Positions 50,684 to 63,669 of a stretch of DNA of 64,000 bases are shown here, piece after piece. Each line of letters begins with the position of its first letter. The stretch's first letter is position 1. The translations under genes and the position numbers were made by a program. Origin of the DNA: the human T2T-CHM13v2.0 reference genome, Homo sapiens. Location of the stretch: NCBI RefSeq assembly GCF_009914755.1, contig NC_060945.1; one strand, given 5' to 3'. The notes beneath the pieces are model-generated. The model was given only the letters and a program-made list of their open reading frames with translations. It was not told where the DNA came from and made no database searches.

Positions 50684-51940
50684 TGTCACAGGATCTTTGG
50701 GGTGTCACATTTCCAGCCAGTAAACTCTGTGGCCAGGGGCACCTTTGCCTGAGTTTTGCTCAGGCCCACTGGGCTCCTTCCACCCACTTGGCCTGGCAGG
50801 CTGCGCTTGGATCATGCTACCAACCTGGATCCTCCACCTGCCAAGTGTGAGCCAGGCATGGAGTGGTGAGGGGTGTGTGAGAGAGTGTGGGGTCTGGCCA
50901 CTGTGCATAGCCAGATATTCTGGCTATGGTAGGGCAGGCAGCTCCAGGTACTGGCACGAGTGCCTGCTCACTGCAAGGCTATGGCTGGACCAGGTGTACT
51001 GCAAATAGCTGCCACAGCTGACACCAGGAAACACAGTGGTGCCTGGAAGCTTGGAGACACCAGGAACTACAGAGCCCCAAAGAAGGTGTCACTGCCCTGG
51101 CTCGGGGAGCTTCTAGGCCTGGGCTCCCCTAGGGGCCACAGCTCTTCTCTCCTTCTTGTCACCTGCAATATGGCGAGTGAGGTGCATGTTTCAGCACTGC
51201 CTGTGTTACAGCTCTTTCAGCCCCACCATTTGGCAGGTCTTGACTTGTTGTCCCGCATCCAGGAAAAATGAGGTATGTGGACAAGTGAGCAAGGCAGAGA
51301 GGTGCTTTATTGAGCAACAGAACAGTTCAGAGGAGACCTGTAGTTGGTAGCTTCTCTCCTCAGGCAGGTCGTCTGATGAATCTGCAGCTCTCAGCAGAGA
51401 GGAGACCCTGGAGTGGGTACCTCCTCTACGCAGGCAGGTCATCCTGTCTTCTGCTGAGCTCTCAGTAGAGAGGAGACCCACAGTGGGTAGCTTCTCTCCA
51501 GAAGCAGGTTTGTCCTGTCATCTTCCTGAGTCTGGCCGAGTCCAGGATTTGTATGGGCTTCAGAGGACAGGAAGTGCATGCTGATTGGCCCATGGGTGAT
51601 TATGGGCAGGCCCTGAAAAAGCGCCATTAGTTTTCATTCTGGTCCATGGAACTGACATCCTGACCCGCAGGCTTCTTGGGTCATCCCTGGCCTGAAGCTA
51701 GTGTTTCACTGGGGACCTGCCCCTTTGCAGCCAGGAGCCTGTCTGCCTCCTGCTGCCATTAACCTGCCATCCACAGAGCCCATGGCGCCCAGGCTGCTTG
51801 TGCTGAGGGGCACCTGCAGGCCTGTGCCAAGCCGCCCTTATCCCCACCTCGACCTCCCTTCCATGCTTGTCAGTGCCCAAAGTCCAGAGGGGGCTGAAGG
51901 GGCAGGGGGCTGGCATGTCAGTGCCACTGTGAATCCCTGC
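50684..51940 (-). mobile_element. MER52-family ERV1 LTR, truncated
   Basis: Terminus tgtcacaggatctttggggtgtc; GC-rich body; three ~70-bp internal repeats (gaggagacc...agtgggtagc...gcaggtc) at ~51329-51530. Confidence 0.85.
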
Positions 51941-51979
51941 AGTATAGCCATTTAAATATTGAGGGCACATTCTAGATGA

Positions 51980-52162
51980 GTCCTCATGTGGCAGAAGTGG
52001 CAAACAAACCCCCTTGGGCCTCTTTTTTTAAGGGACATCATCTCATTTATGAGGGCTCTGAATTCATGATATGATTGCTTCCCAGAGGCCCAATATCTGA
52101 ATATCATCATATTGGGGGTTAGGATTTCAATATATAAATTTGTAGATATTCAGACCATAATA
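51980..52162 (-). mobile_element. MLT1A-like LTR, partial
   Basis: tcctcatgtggcagaag...atgagggctctg...ttgggggttaggatttcaa...attcagaccata. Confidence 0.75.
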
Positions 52163-53016
52163 GACCTTCCAACCTGCATAGCTATAGCTTAATTAATGTT
52201 CACAGTCATCAAAAAAATAAGACTACAGACACAACCACAGTCTTATAAGAAGGCTTGCGGAAAACTTTAATTTCCTATCTCCCATCAGCTTTATGAATAA
52301 CTGAATCATTGAAAAATAAAAACCGAAAATCTTATTTATTATATATTTTATTGAAAACTGGTTAGCAACAGATAAATTACAATAGAGCCTGGATATAAAA
52401 ATGAGAGAAGAATGCAGACTTACAAGCTTATAGAGAAAGTCAAAAAGGAGCAAGTTTTTGAAATCAGATTTTATGATACGGAAAAAAAATTTCCTTTTTT
52501 TGCCAACAGGATTATTTCGAATAATAAATCTGCCAGTGCCAATCAGAAACACCATTTCCACAATATTTGCATGCCCCTAGTTGCCTATTTTATACATATC
52601 GACTCCTTGAGCTAGGGGTATTCGTGTCTCTAAAAGGAAAACGAGTGTATTGTATAGGTTAATATGTTTTCTGTTTATGGGCACAATTCATTCTCAACTT
52701 CTGTAATGTCTCAGGAATAATTCATAATATTGAACAGCTGGTGACAAGTAACATACAAAAATTATATCCTACAATTTCCGTATGTTCTGAACACGGTCTT
52801 ATCAATAGCTGATAGAACATTTAGTAGCTAGTCAGCTACGGGACTTTCCAACCTAGAAGGCCTCCTCCTCCCTACCATTCAGTATTGTATATCTCAGGGC
52901 CTTTTAATCATTTCCCTGCATCTTGGTACCTGAAGGACACAGCAAACATATATTCACTGAAAATCTGAAATGACTTGAACTTGATGGTGATCTAGAGTTT
53001 TCTTCTATCTTCCTAC

Positions 53017-53706
53017 TGATACAGGAGTGCTGGGAAGGGAGGAGTGTGGTCTCTTTAAATGATACAGAATGAGGAAGGGAAGTGCTGGGTAGAGGAAGGC
53101 ATGGTCCCTAGCTAGGGCTTTACCCCCACGGACCTAGGTGAGAACAGGCACTCCTGACTTCACGCCCAAATGTTGCATTTCCCAAGACCACCCTGGCTCA
53201 CCACCTCCCCATCCAAGGTCTATAAAAGCCCAAGATCCTAGCAAGGCAGAGACAGAAGCGTCTGGACATTGAGAGGACACATCAGTGGAAGAACACACAA
53301 GCGGCTGGTTGTGGAGAGCATACTGGTGGAAGAGCAGCAGAGAGCTACCTGCACTCAATAAAACTTTGCACTCATTCTCCAAGACCATGTGTGATTGATT
53401 CTTCTGGTACACCAAGGCAAGAACCTGGAGATACAGAAAGTCTTCTATCCTTGCAACAAAGTCCAACTGAGCTGGTTAACACAAGCTGCCTAGAGAGGGC
53501 AAACTAACAGAGCACCCTGTAACACACGCCCACTGGCACTTCAGGAGCTGTAAACATTCACCCCTAGACACTGCCGTGGGGTTGGAGCCCCACAACCTGC
53601 CCATCTGTATGCTCCCCTAGAAGTTTGAGCAGTGGGGCACTGAAGAAGCAAGCTACACCCCCACCACACACCCTGCAAGGGGGACAAGGGAACCTTTCCC
53701 ATTTCA
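53017..53706 (+). mobile_element. LTR1-family ERV1 solo LTR
   Basis: tgatacagg...cccaaatgttgcatttcccaagaccaccctgg; TATAAAA 53221; AATAAA ~53357; ends ttcccatttca; perfect 4-bp TSD ctac. Confidence 0.88.
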
Positions 53707-55194
53707 CTACCTACTAAACTCATTAAGAACTCAACAAAATGGCCATTATGTCATTGTTATAAGTCTGGTCAAACTCTTTTTATTCTCTAGTTGGGCAGCA
53801 AGATTTTACTCTACAATCCACTGCAGCTTCCCATTGATGAATTTTGTTCTTTGAACTGGAGAAACTGTAAGCACAGGAGTACCTGTTGTTTTCAATTTCT
53901 ACCTTGCATAAACATTTGAAGAAGTTTGACTAAAGATAATAATGTTACACTTTTTTTGGCTTTACAAATTAGAATTAAACAATGATGTCTTTACTTGATT
54001 AAATCTTAAAGCCAATTAATGGCAAACAGTTACTGTGAAATTAGTCAGATTCTATAATTTGAAAGAAACTTGCAATGTGATCACACAATTTAATATTTAT
54101 GAATAATTTTCTCATGACTAAAGAGATACCTGTTAATGGGCTTCTAAAAATGAGATTCAGTAATTATCACTTAAATAGCTCATTGTCTGTTTCAGAATTT
54201 TACCAGTCAAGCTTTTTTTCATTTCTAATGCAGAATTAGAGGAGGGTGGAGAGAAACCGTAGTCACTATTCTTTCCATTATAGTTGTCCACTATCTTATG
54301 TCAGTTTCCCAAAGGTATGGTGGAGTAATCATGGAGGTCACCTTTGCTTCTGGAAAAAAAAAAGCTTCATTTAAATTACCTTAGCTAGTACCAATTTTTT
54401 TTTCAATTCTATTTTAGTCCTTTCCCCCCCTGCTGCCACCTCATTGTTTTACAAGTAATGATAAATGTGATAATGAGTAATGACATCTATTCATGGAAAA
54501 TGTGAAAAGTCTGAAGTTACAGTATTTTTCATTAGGAAAATGTGTCTCTAGCAGAGTTAGGCACCTTGACTTAATCAGCCTAGCTCCAACTCTGTAAAAG
54601 AAATGAATTTTCCTTAAATTTCAGAGTCCCCTTCTTCCTCCTCCTCCCCATTTTCACTCCTAATAGCTATATAAGCTTGTTCATGGTAGTTTAAGTGTAA
54701 AGAAATGTTTCAACTCTTATTTGTATCCATTAAAATGCAAATGATGTAGGGTTTTCTGATTGTTTAATCCCTGGGAGTTTTTGGATATGAAACATTGAGT
54801 ACATGTTTTCAAAGTGAATTCTTAGTATCCTTCATCTGCTCCCTTCCAATATGCAGAATACAATGAATGATTAGTGTTAAACCAGGAAAGCAAGATGTAT
54901 GTAGAGATTAAAAATGACCTTGCTTTCTTGATCTCCATTTGGGACTAGCCATATGGTGCAGAGAGGCTATCTTAAAAACGTGAGGTCACCCATGTTATTT
55001 CTATAGCTCTTCCATATCAGGATTTCAAACAATTTATCTCTAAATTGTCATTGATAGTATGTTATTTGACCTCCAACTAAAATAATACTACCTATGTAAT
55101 TAATGTAAGAAAAATGATCCACCATAAAAATCTGTCAGTTTTATATAAATACAGCCTTTTGTCAGAGGGTTACTTGAGAAAAAAATGGAGAGTT

Positions 55195-55401
55195 GTTAAA
55201 CATTTGAATACCACGCATTGATGCTTACAAATATAACATATCTATATAGTAACAATATCATACCAAACATATATGCAAATTTGTAATATGAATATTACTA
55301 GTTAAACATTTGAATACCAAGCATTTATGCTTACAAATATATCTATATAGTAACAATATAATACCAACAATATAGGCAAATTTGTAATATGAACATTACC
55401 A
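55195..55401. repeat. ~106/101-bp tandem duplication
   Basis: Units start gttaaacatttgaatacca at 55195 and 55301. Confidence 0.95.
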
Positions 55402-57759
55402 AGATAAAGTTTAAATGCAACAAAAAAGAATGAAATTAATTTTGTTATAGTAGAGAGGTAGGTAAGAATTTTTTAAAAAAAGAAATAAACATATGTACAT
55501 TATATACATATATGTACACACACATAGTTTTCTTGGCTTCTGAACTTTCACTGAGTAATATCAACTGCCTTTTTTAAGGTAACATCATAATCCAAATATC
55601 TCTTTCTGCAAATTCAAGGCAAAGCAATATGATACCCATCTTCATTATCTTTCCTTTCTCCTTTCTCATCACCAAGGCTACAGTGTGTTATCCAGATTTG
55701 TCCTTTCTTGGCTCATTTCAAGCTTCATCAAACGTTACCTATTTTGTGTATCATGTCCTCAAGTCACCAGTCAATATAATATCTACCTCCTACTTTAATA
55801 TGTATGTGGATACATATATTACTCCATGTAACATCTGGGGAAAAGAGGTTTAAAACCACAACTCTTACCATGACAATTCACTGTCATGGTAAGAATGCCA
55901 GGCAGGCTAGTGTATAAGGTACTAATAACTAGTACCTTTCTGAGCCCTTGTCTTACTTCTCAAATTAACCAACGTAATGAGCTTTCTACTCTTCCAAAAA
56001 GTAAGATCTACTTTGAAGTGTGGATATTCAAGAACCATGTTCCCAACCAACATCCAAAGCCAAAGCAATAAGCATGTTGTCAATTTCGACTCTTTCTGTG
56101 AAGACTCTATCAAACATAGATTCTTGGATCTACCAAAATATATCTCCTTTTCCGTGATCTTGTTTTCACTTTAACTGCTCGCTGCAAAAAAAAGAAAAAA
56201 AAAATCTTAGCTACATTACTTTTAACCATAATAGTTGCTTTCTGATCCTTACAAATAATATTTGGGTATAAACACCATCAACAAACTTCTCTTTTCCAGT
56301 TTCTGGCCCAGGATACAGAAAGCCTTTATCATTTCAGGCTCTTGCAAGCATTTTGCAATCACTTTATGTCCCAGGCAATAAATATTAATTCCAGTAAGTG
56401 TTTACTTAAATAAGTTTGTGGCCACTTGCAGAACCCATTATGTAACACTCCCTACAACTCTCTGCCTGCCAAAATATCACACTTTGAACAAGGCTTTTGG
56501 TTCAATCAGTGTATCAGCCCAATACATCGCTGCTTCTAGCCTCAACATCCTTCCCTTCTTTCCAGAGGAAGAAGGTGGTAAAGTCGTTTCCTTCCATTGC
56601 TGTGAATCAAAAGACATTTGACCATTTGACAAGGGCAACAGAATGCTGCCTGCCTGCTGTCTATCCAAAAACAAGGAGGAATTTTGCAGGAGTGTTGCAA
56701 AATAAAATTCTTCATTCAGAAAGATTTTTATTCAGATAAAAAAATTGGTTAACGAATGCAGCTTTAATTGCTTCTAGAGTTTGAAAGGGATTGTTTTTAT
56801 AATATGCTATTACTTTCACCCAATTCATATTATAAACCATTCCAAGGCTTTAAACAAAAACTAAAGGGAACATATCTGTAAAAGTAACAACTAGCCTTGA
56901 ATATAAACTTGGAATTAAATAAAATTATGTTATATGCTACAAATTAATCAAAAATTAAATATTTATATCATCATTATTTAACTTATTCACTTCTTGATTA
57001 ATTCATCAATTCACATGTTTTAGAACCACAATTTATGCTTATGTCACTTCATTATAAAAAGAAGGCTACATAGAACAAATAATTAGAAAAAGTTTCTATT
57101 CTTCATACACATACAAGAGCTTGCATGATACACTGAATACTCTAGATAAAGTTATGCCTTTCCCATTAATAGATGTAAAGATGCAGGGATGAAGAGGAAA
57201 CTGAAAGTTCCTAAAAATTAGTCCTTATATCTCATATGCCTGGAAATGTAACCCAACATTCTATCAAAAGAGATTTGTAGTGGATTCATATTAGAGAGAG
57301 ACACTGAAAGCCAAGCACTTAAAACAAATTTAATTTGCCAAAATTTCAAAGTGGAAAAATTTCAGAAGCCTTCTGACACTTACCAGTGCCATAGGAATTA
57401 TGCATTTACTGGCATCATGCATTTGTAGTCTGAAGAAATACAGTAATACTACATGGATTTCTGATATATTAAAATGTCTTCTTTCCTAGGGTGCTAAGGC
57501 AAGTGCACTCTATGTTGGTTGCCTGAGCTCGTAGCCTTATCACTCTTAAGTTTGTGTTTAGTAAGTATATTATTTTGAACTAGAAGTGAGGTTGGTTTTG
57601 TAGTTGTTAACGATTTGCTTTCTTGTGTACATTTGATCTCTCTAAAAAAGATACAAGTGTACTGAGGACTGGGATGGTATCTTTCATATCTTTTGCACAA
57701 TCCAATTGCATTAGAACCATACAGTGCTCCCGGTGCCAGCATCACAGCTACTCATCAGG

Positions 57760-57901
57760 ACTGAATTAGGAATCCAACCCATTAACTGGCTCCGTGACCC
57801 TGGACAATTCATTTTACCTTTTGAGACTCCTGGTGCTTCCCATATAAAATGAGGTGACTACATTCTTTCTAAGATACTTTCCAGTTATAAAACTCTATGA
57901 T
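57760..57901 (+). mobile_element. MIR3/MIRc-like SINE
   Basis: ccgtgaccctggacaattcattttacc...catataaaatgagg...ttccagttataaaactctatgat. Confidence 0.65.
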
Positions 57902-58716
57902 GCTTAATTAAGGAAGCAAGTAAAGGAAGGAAGTTATATGAATGTGTGGGGAACCGTGATACCCAAATTCACAGCATAGACTGCCAAAATCCTTGGCAAA
58001 ACTATTGATGTGCTGGAAAACCAGAGGGGAGCATTATGAAAAAGCAGGCAGAGACCAGAGAGAAATCTGCTCCTTAGAGCTAGAGCAACGTGGATCCAAA
58101 TTTGTGAGCTACATGCTTTTCTTTTTTTCTTTAACTGAATTTTCCAATTATGTGCAACCTGGGTGGTAAAAAGCCTGAAGTGTCCAAGTTTAAAGACAAA
58201 CCTGACAGAACAGCTGAAAATTAGGAAAATTCATAGAAACATGAAAACAACAGAGAGAATGATCCTAATCATTGCCTAGTTCCTCATCTCTGCCCAAATT
58301 TAACAAGCATGGAGGAAATCAACAGGGGGAGAAGCTTTAAAAGCAACAGTAGGAAGACATTAGAATGGGCTGGAATGATAAACAGCTGTCTACCATGGGA
58401 AATGAGTAGCGGGCAAAGTTTCTAGATTGATTCTAGGCAACGTAACGCAATCATAGAACTAAAATCCAATCTTCTGAACAATATGATGACTCTAGAGTTG
58501 CTACAGTGTGTTACCTATAATATCCAGATTTTAATCCAAAATTAGACTATGTACAAAAGAAAGAAAAAAATCAGGAAAGTATGAATCTATCCTCAGGGTA
58601 ATAAAAACTATTCTGTTGTGAGTTTTCTAAGATTTACCTGAAATAATTCATCTTCAACTCTAAGTAATTGGGATACATGTCAGATACATATTATAATGTC
58701 TAGAACAACTTCCTTA

Positions 58717-59347
<631 letters not shown>

Positions 59348-59370
59348 GTATGTGCTCAAATCTTTGACCC

Positions 59371-59760
59371 CGACATGGTTTGGCTCTGTGTCCCACCCAA
59401 ATCTCATCTTGAATTGTAATCCCCATGTGTCAAAGGTGAGATGTGTAATCTCCACGTGTGGAGGGAGGGAGGTGACTGGATAATGGGGGAAGTTTCCCCC
59501 ATGCTGTTCTTGTGATAGTGAGTGAGTTATCCTGAGATCTGATGGTTTTATAAGTGTTTGACAGTTCCTCCTTCACACACTCTTCTCCCTCCTGCCAACT
59601 TGTGAGGAAGGTGTCTGTTTCTCCTTCCACCATGATTGTAAGTTTCCTGAGGCCTCACCAGTCATGTAGAACTGTGAGTCAATTAAAATTCTTTCATTTG
59701 TTTATAAATTAGCCAGTCTCGTGTACTATCTTTATAGCAGTATGAGAATGAACTAATACA
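59371..59760 (+). mobile_element. THE1D-like solo LTR
   Basis: cgacatggtttggctctgtgtcc...catgattgtaagtttcctgaggcctc...gaactaataca. Confidence 0.92.
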
Positions 59761-60230
59761 ACCTCCTATTTTATAATACAACCTCCTATTTTATAATGTT
59801 ATTTGTCTTCTTATTGAGTTGTACGAAGTCTTTACGTATTCTAGATATAAATACTTTATCAGATATATATTTTCCAATTGCTTTTTATATCTCTATTTTT
59901 CCTCATAGTATCTTTTGAAAAGCAAAAGGTTTAATTTTGTTAGAATCCATTTTATCAATTTTTGCTTTTATAGTTTGAGCACATACCTCAGTAAAGATAC
60001 ACTAGTGCCAGTAAACAAAGCATCAGGGAAATACAAATTAAAACTACTGTTAGTTACTAGTATATATCTACTTGAATGACTAAAATTAACAAGTCTGACA
60101 ATACTAAGTGTTGGAGAGGATTTGAAGCAACTCTAGCACTCATATATTGCTGGTGAAAATGTAAAATTTCATAGTCACTTTGGAAAGCAGTTTAATTCTT
60201 TATAATAAAGCTAGTTGAAAACCTACTGTA

Positions 60231-60596
60231 TGATATGGTCTGGCTCTGTGTCCCCACCAAATCTCATCTCTAATTGTAATCCCTACATGTTGAGAGAGGA
60301 ACCTAGTGGGAGGAGACTGGATTATGGGGGCAGTGTCCCCATGCTGTCCTCATGATAGTGGGGGTGTTCTCACGAGATCTTGTTGTTTGACAAGTGTCTG
60401 GCAGTTTCCCCTGGATGCTCTCTGTCTTTTGCTGCCATATAAAATGTGTCTTGCGTCCCCCTTTGCCTTTCACCTGATTCTAGATTTCCTGAGGCTTCCC
60501 CAGTCATGCAGAACTGATAGTCAATTAAACCTTTTTTCTTCATAAATTACAGTCCCATATAGTATCTTTATAGCAGTGTGAAAACAGACTAATACA
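60231..60596 (+). mobile_element. THE1D/MSTA-like solo LTR
   Basis: tgatatggtctggctctgtgtcccc...aaacagactaataca; TSD ctgta/ccata. Confidence 0.92.
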
Positions 60597-61299
60597 CCAT
60601 ATAATAGCATTTCTACTACTAGAAATTGAGCCTCTCTAAAAAACCCACTGATTTCCACACAAACACTAGCAAACAAATATTTGCAGCAAACTGTATTCAT
60701 AATAGCCTAATGTACAAATAATCCAAATATCCATTAACTGGTGAATAAGTTTTAAAATTGTGGTATGTAGAAAGAAATAATATTTAGCAATTTAACAGAT
60801 GAATCTCAAAAATACTGTGCTAAGTGAAAAAAGTCAGCCCTTAAAGGCTATATACTCTATAGTTCCATTTATGTGGAATTATGGAGAGGACAAAGTATAA
60901 TAACATAAAGCATCTCAGTGATTATGAGGGGTAGGGTGGGTTAGGGAATTGACTTCAATGGGGCATTAAGAGAATTTTGTCGGGAAGATTGAAATGTTCT
61001 ATATCATAATTGTTGCAGTAATTGCACTACTCTATATATTTTTCAAAACTCAAAGTGCATACTTCAAACTTATGAATTTTGTTGTAGGTAAACAACACCT
61101 CAATGTAAAAAAAATGTTAATGTTTAAATAGATGAGCTTGATGAGTGAAGAAGAAATAGAAAATCTGAATAGAGCTTCAATCATGCAGTTTGATTTCATA
61201 GTTAAAGTTGCATTCCTTCAACAACACTGAGAAAGAAATTCTAAAACTTACAAATGGAAACAGAATCCAGACAGCTTTACAAGGGAGTTCATATGATTT

Positions 61300-61760
61300 T
61301 ACAGTGAGGTTAGCAAAGGAAAAAGATGCATCAAAGTCTAGAAAGTCGAGGCAAAATCTCTCTTCCAGGTAGGTCTTAGAATAGATTGCATAGAACACAT
61401 TCCTTGTTCTAGCAACAAAATGCTGCAATATATGTGCTGGGATTTTGCCCAGGATAGCCCACTTGAGATTTAGAGTTCAAGGTTTTTACTGGGGGACAGG
61501 TCACATCAGAACTTTCTCCCGGTGTAGCCAGGAATGATTATCAAAGTTCTAGACTCCTAGGAGGAAAGCAGGTATTTACCATCAATCACACTGTTTGCAC
61601 AGTATAGGCAAGGAGGACTCAGTGCCTGAGGCATACAAGACAGCCGGATTCTTTAGTAACAAAAGGAAAATTCCAAAGTCAAGTTTTCAGACACCAGCCA
61701 AGGATTAGCAAGCCCTTCGAAGAGGAACATCAGACCTGCTACAAGACTCTTTCCTATACC
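61300..61760 (-). mobile_element. MER77-like ERVL LTR
   Basis: ggtttttactggggg, agactcctaggaggaaagcaggt, ctgtttgcaca, cagacaccagccaagg. Confidence 0.6.
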
Positions 61761-62469
61761 ATAGGGGAGGCACTTCCTTTCCTTAGCTGCAGTTCAATCT
61801 AGCTGGATTTTTTTCCCCCAAAATGTGTAGAAATGGCCTAACTAAATCCTCCTCAAAGAAACTGATCACCAGCCAACCAGCTTCATCTACTGAAATGTCA
61901 GTTTCACCTCCACAAGTTTCTTCAACAAAGCTTTTGAATTTTAGTGATTCTAACTTCTTCTCTTTGTTCACTAAGGCTAGGAGTGGTCACTGCTGCCTGC
62001 GATTGCTATTTCCACAACTTAATGGTTTTTTATATTTTTTTCCTCTTCTGAGTTACATTAACAACCACTTACTTTTAAAATATTTGTATGGAATCACGTG
62101 TGTTAAAGTAATTTCTGTGGTTGTTCTGGATGCTGACTAATAAAAGAGCAGAGGCATCTTCCTTTGGCAAAAGTTACTAACAAATAAGAACTAGTAACAT
62201 ATGTTCATTCATTATTCTCTGTTTTGGGTACTATATTTGTGGTATGAGGCAACTGTGACAGTGGCAGCAAATTTGCTTATATGACCTATGATGACACCTG
62301 AGGTAGGTGACTGTGAAATGAAATTTCAGCATCACCCCTTATCCCCAAAATGCTCTCCTCCAGCTCTTCCAATGACCTTTCAAGTGCCTGTTATATTCTT
62401 CCCTCCTTGTAACATCTAGAGTGATTTTTGTTTCCTGAACTGAATTCTAATAGATATATAGGCGATTTA

Positions 62470-62720
62470 TCAAAAGAGTGCAGTAAACAACATACTCAGT
62501 AGTGAAATTTTAAAATTATTCCCCATAAAATCAGGTGTGAGATAAGTATGCTCCTTCTCACCATTTCTATACAACATTGCATTGGAAGCAATAGAGCTGA
62601 AGAAGTAAGTGGAAAATGGTAGGGAAGAAAACAAAATTGTCATTATTTGCAATTGATAAGATAATCTACATAAAACCCCCAAACATAGCTTTATGGAAAA
62701 TTAGTATGTATCACAGACAT
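62470..62720 (+). mobile_element. Old L1M ORF2 RT fragment
   Basis: tcaggtgtgagataagtatgctccttctcaccatttctatacaacattgcattggaag resembles SG.RQGCPLSP.LFNIVLE; KLSLFA-like motif follows. Confidence 0.7.
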
Positions 62721-63552
62721 AAATACATTCGATGCTGCACTGTGTCTACTTTTGTAAGACAGGAAGAATATATCTGAAATGTTTAGTAACCTTTTTTCAA
62801 AAGCAGATGAAATTACATCCAAAATCATCAATAACTGAAGAAGTCTAATAGGGCTTACTTCTAGAGGATTCCAGGTGAATGGATACAACCTTGAGCTAAT
62901 TGCACAAAAGAAATTGTGTCTATAAGCAGGTCAATTAGCTTGTTTCACTAGAACACAGTTAAAAAGGTAGTTCTCCAATCACTTTGATTTTCAGAAGAGC
63001 TATGAGCTTGATTCTTAATGATTATTTAACATAGTTGAGCTTTAATGGTTAACTTGAAATTTTAAAACCATAAAACTTTATAGAAAATGAATATCAAAAG
63101 TAAAGAAGCTGTTAAGACCACAGTCACTGTACATAGGAATTTTATCTCACTGCTGTAAATCGTGAAATCCTGCCCTCAACCATAGTGTACGAACATGGCC
63201 ATTTCAAAGATGCACCTCTGTGACATTTCCCTGGATTTCTCCACGTAGGAATTTCAGCGGTTATTCTCTGCAGGTAATTGCAGCTTCCAGAATAACCCCA
63301 GGTCACTGAAACACCTTGGCTCTACAAACAACCCATTATTAGGCAGATTACATCAAGAAAATCCATCCTGCTACTGCTGTGGAGATGTGAATTTATGACA
63401 TTGAAGAAAAAAAACATGCAAAGAGGTTTCTGGAGTCTCTCTGTGGTGAAGGCAATGCTCTATGGACACATTTTATTCAATCACACTTAATGAATGAGCC
63501 TCACTCCTTGGTTTTCTTCATCCTCTCTGTCTCGTAGAATCCTTCTAGGGAG

Positions 63553-63573
63553 ATATATATATATATATATATA
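63553..63573. repeat. (AT)10 microsatellite
   Basis: AT run. Confidence 0.95.
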
Positions 63574-63669
63574 GTAGCTGTGAATTAACATTTGTTCTCT
63601 AAAAACACAAAACTTGGTTTCTACTATCATACACTTAATACAAAACTCCCACAGTTCGTCTACGACCAT

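Larger units (their letters stand above)
59348..61113 (+). mobile_element. L1MC/MD-type element with inverted 5' segment (59348-59973 minus, 59974-61113 plus)
   Basis: Adjacent ORF2 segments in opposite orientation; 3' end acacctcaatgtaaaaaaaa. Confidence 0.8.

Noticed and set aside
50684-51940. GC-rich block with many overlapping ORFs as a CpG island or gene
   Set aside because: CpG-depleted (TG/CA-rich) and matches a MER52 LTR
60928-60946. Telomere-like gggttaggg as an interstitial telomeric insertion
   Set aside because: A single unit within the G-rich tract normal for L1 3' UTRs
63255-63280. Plus-strand AG|GT juxtapositions (63273; also ~223 and ~12580) as recursive splice sites
   Set aside because: Reconstituted donors are weak (gtaatt, gtaatg, gttaaa), there is no evidence of a host gene, and such sites are expected by chance
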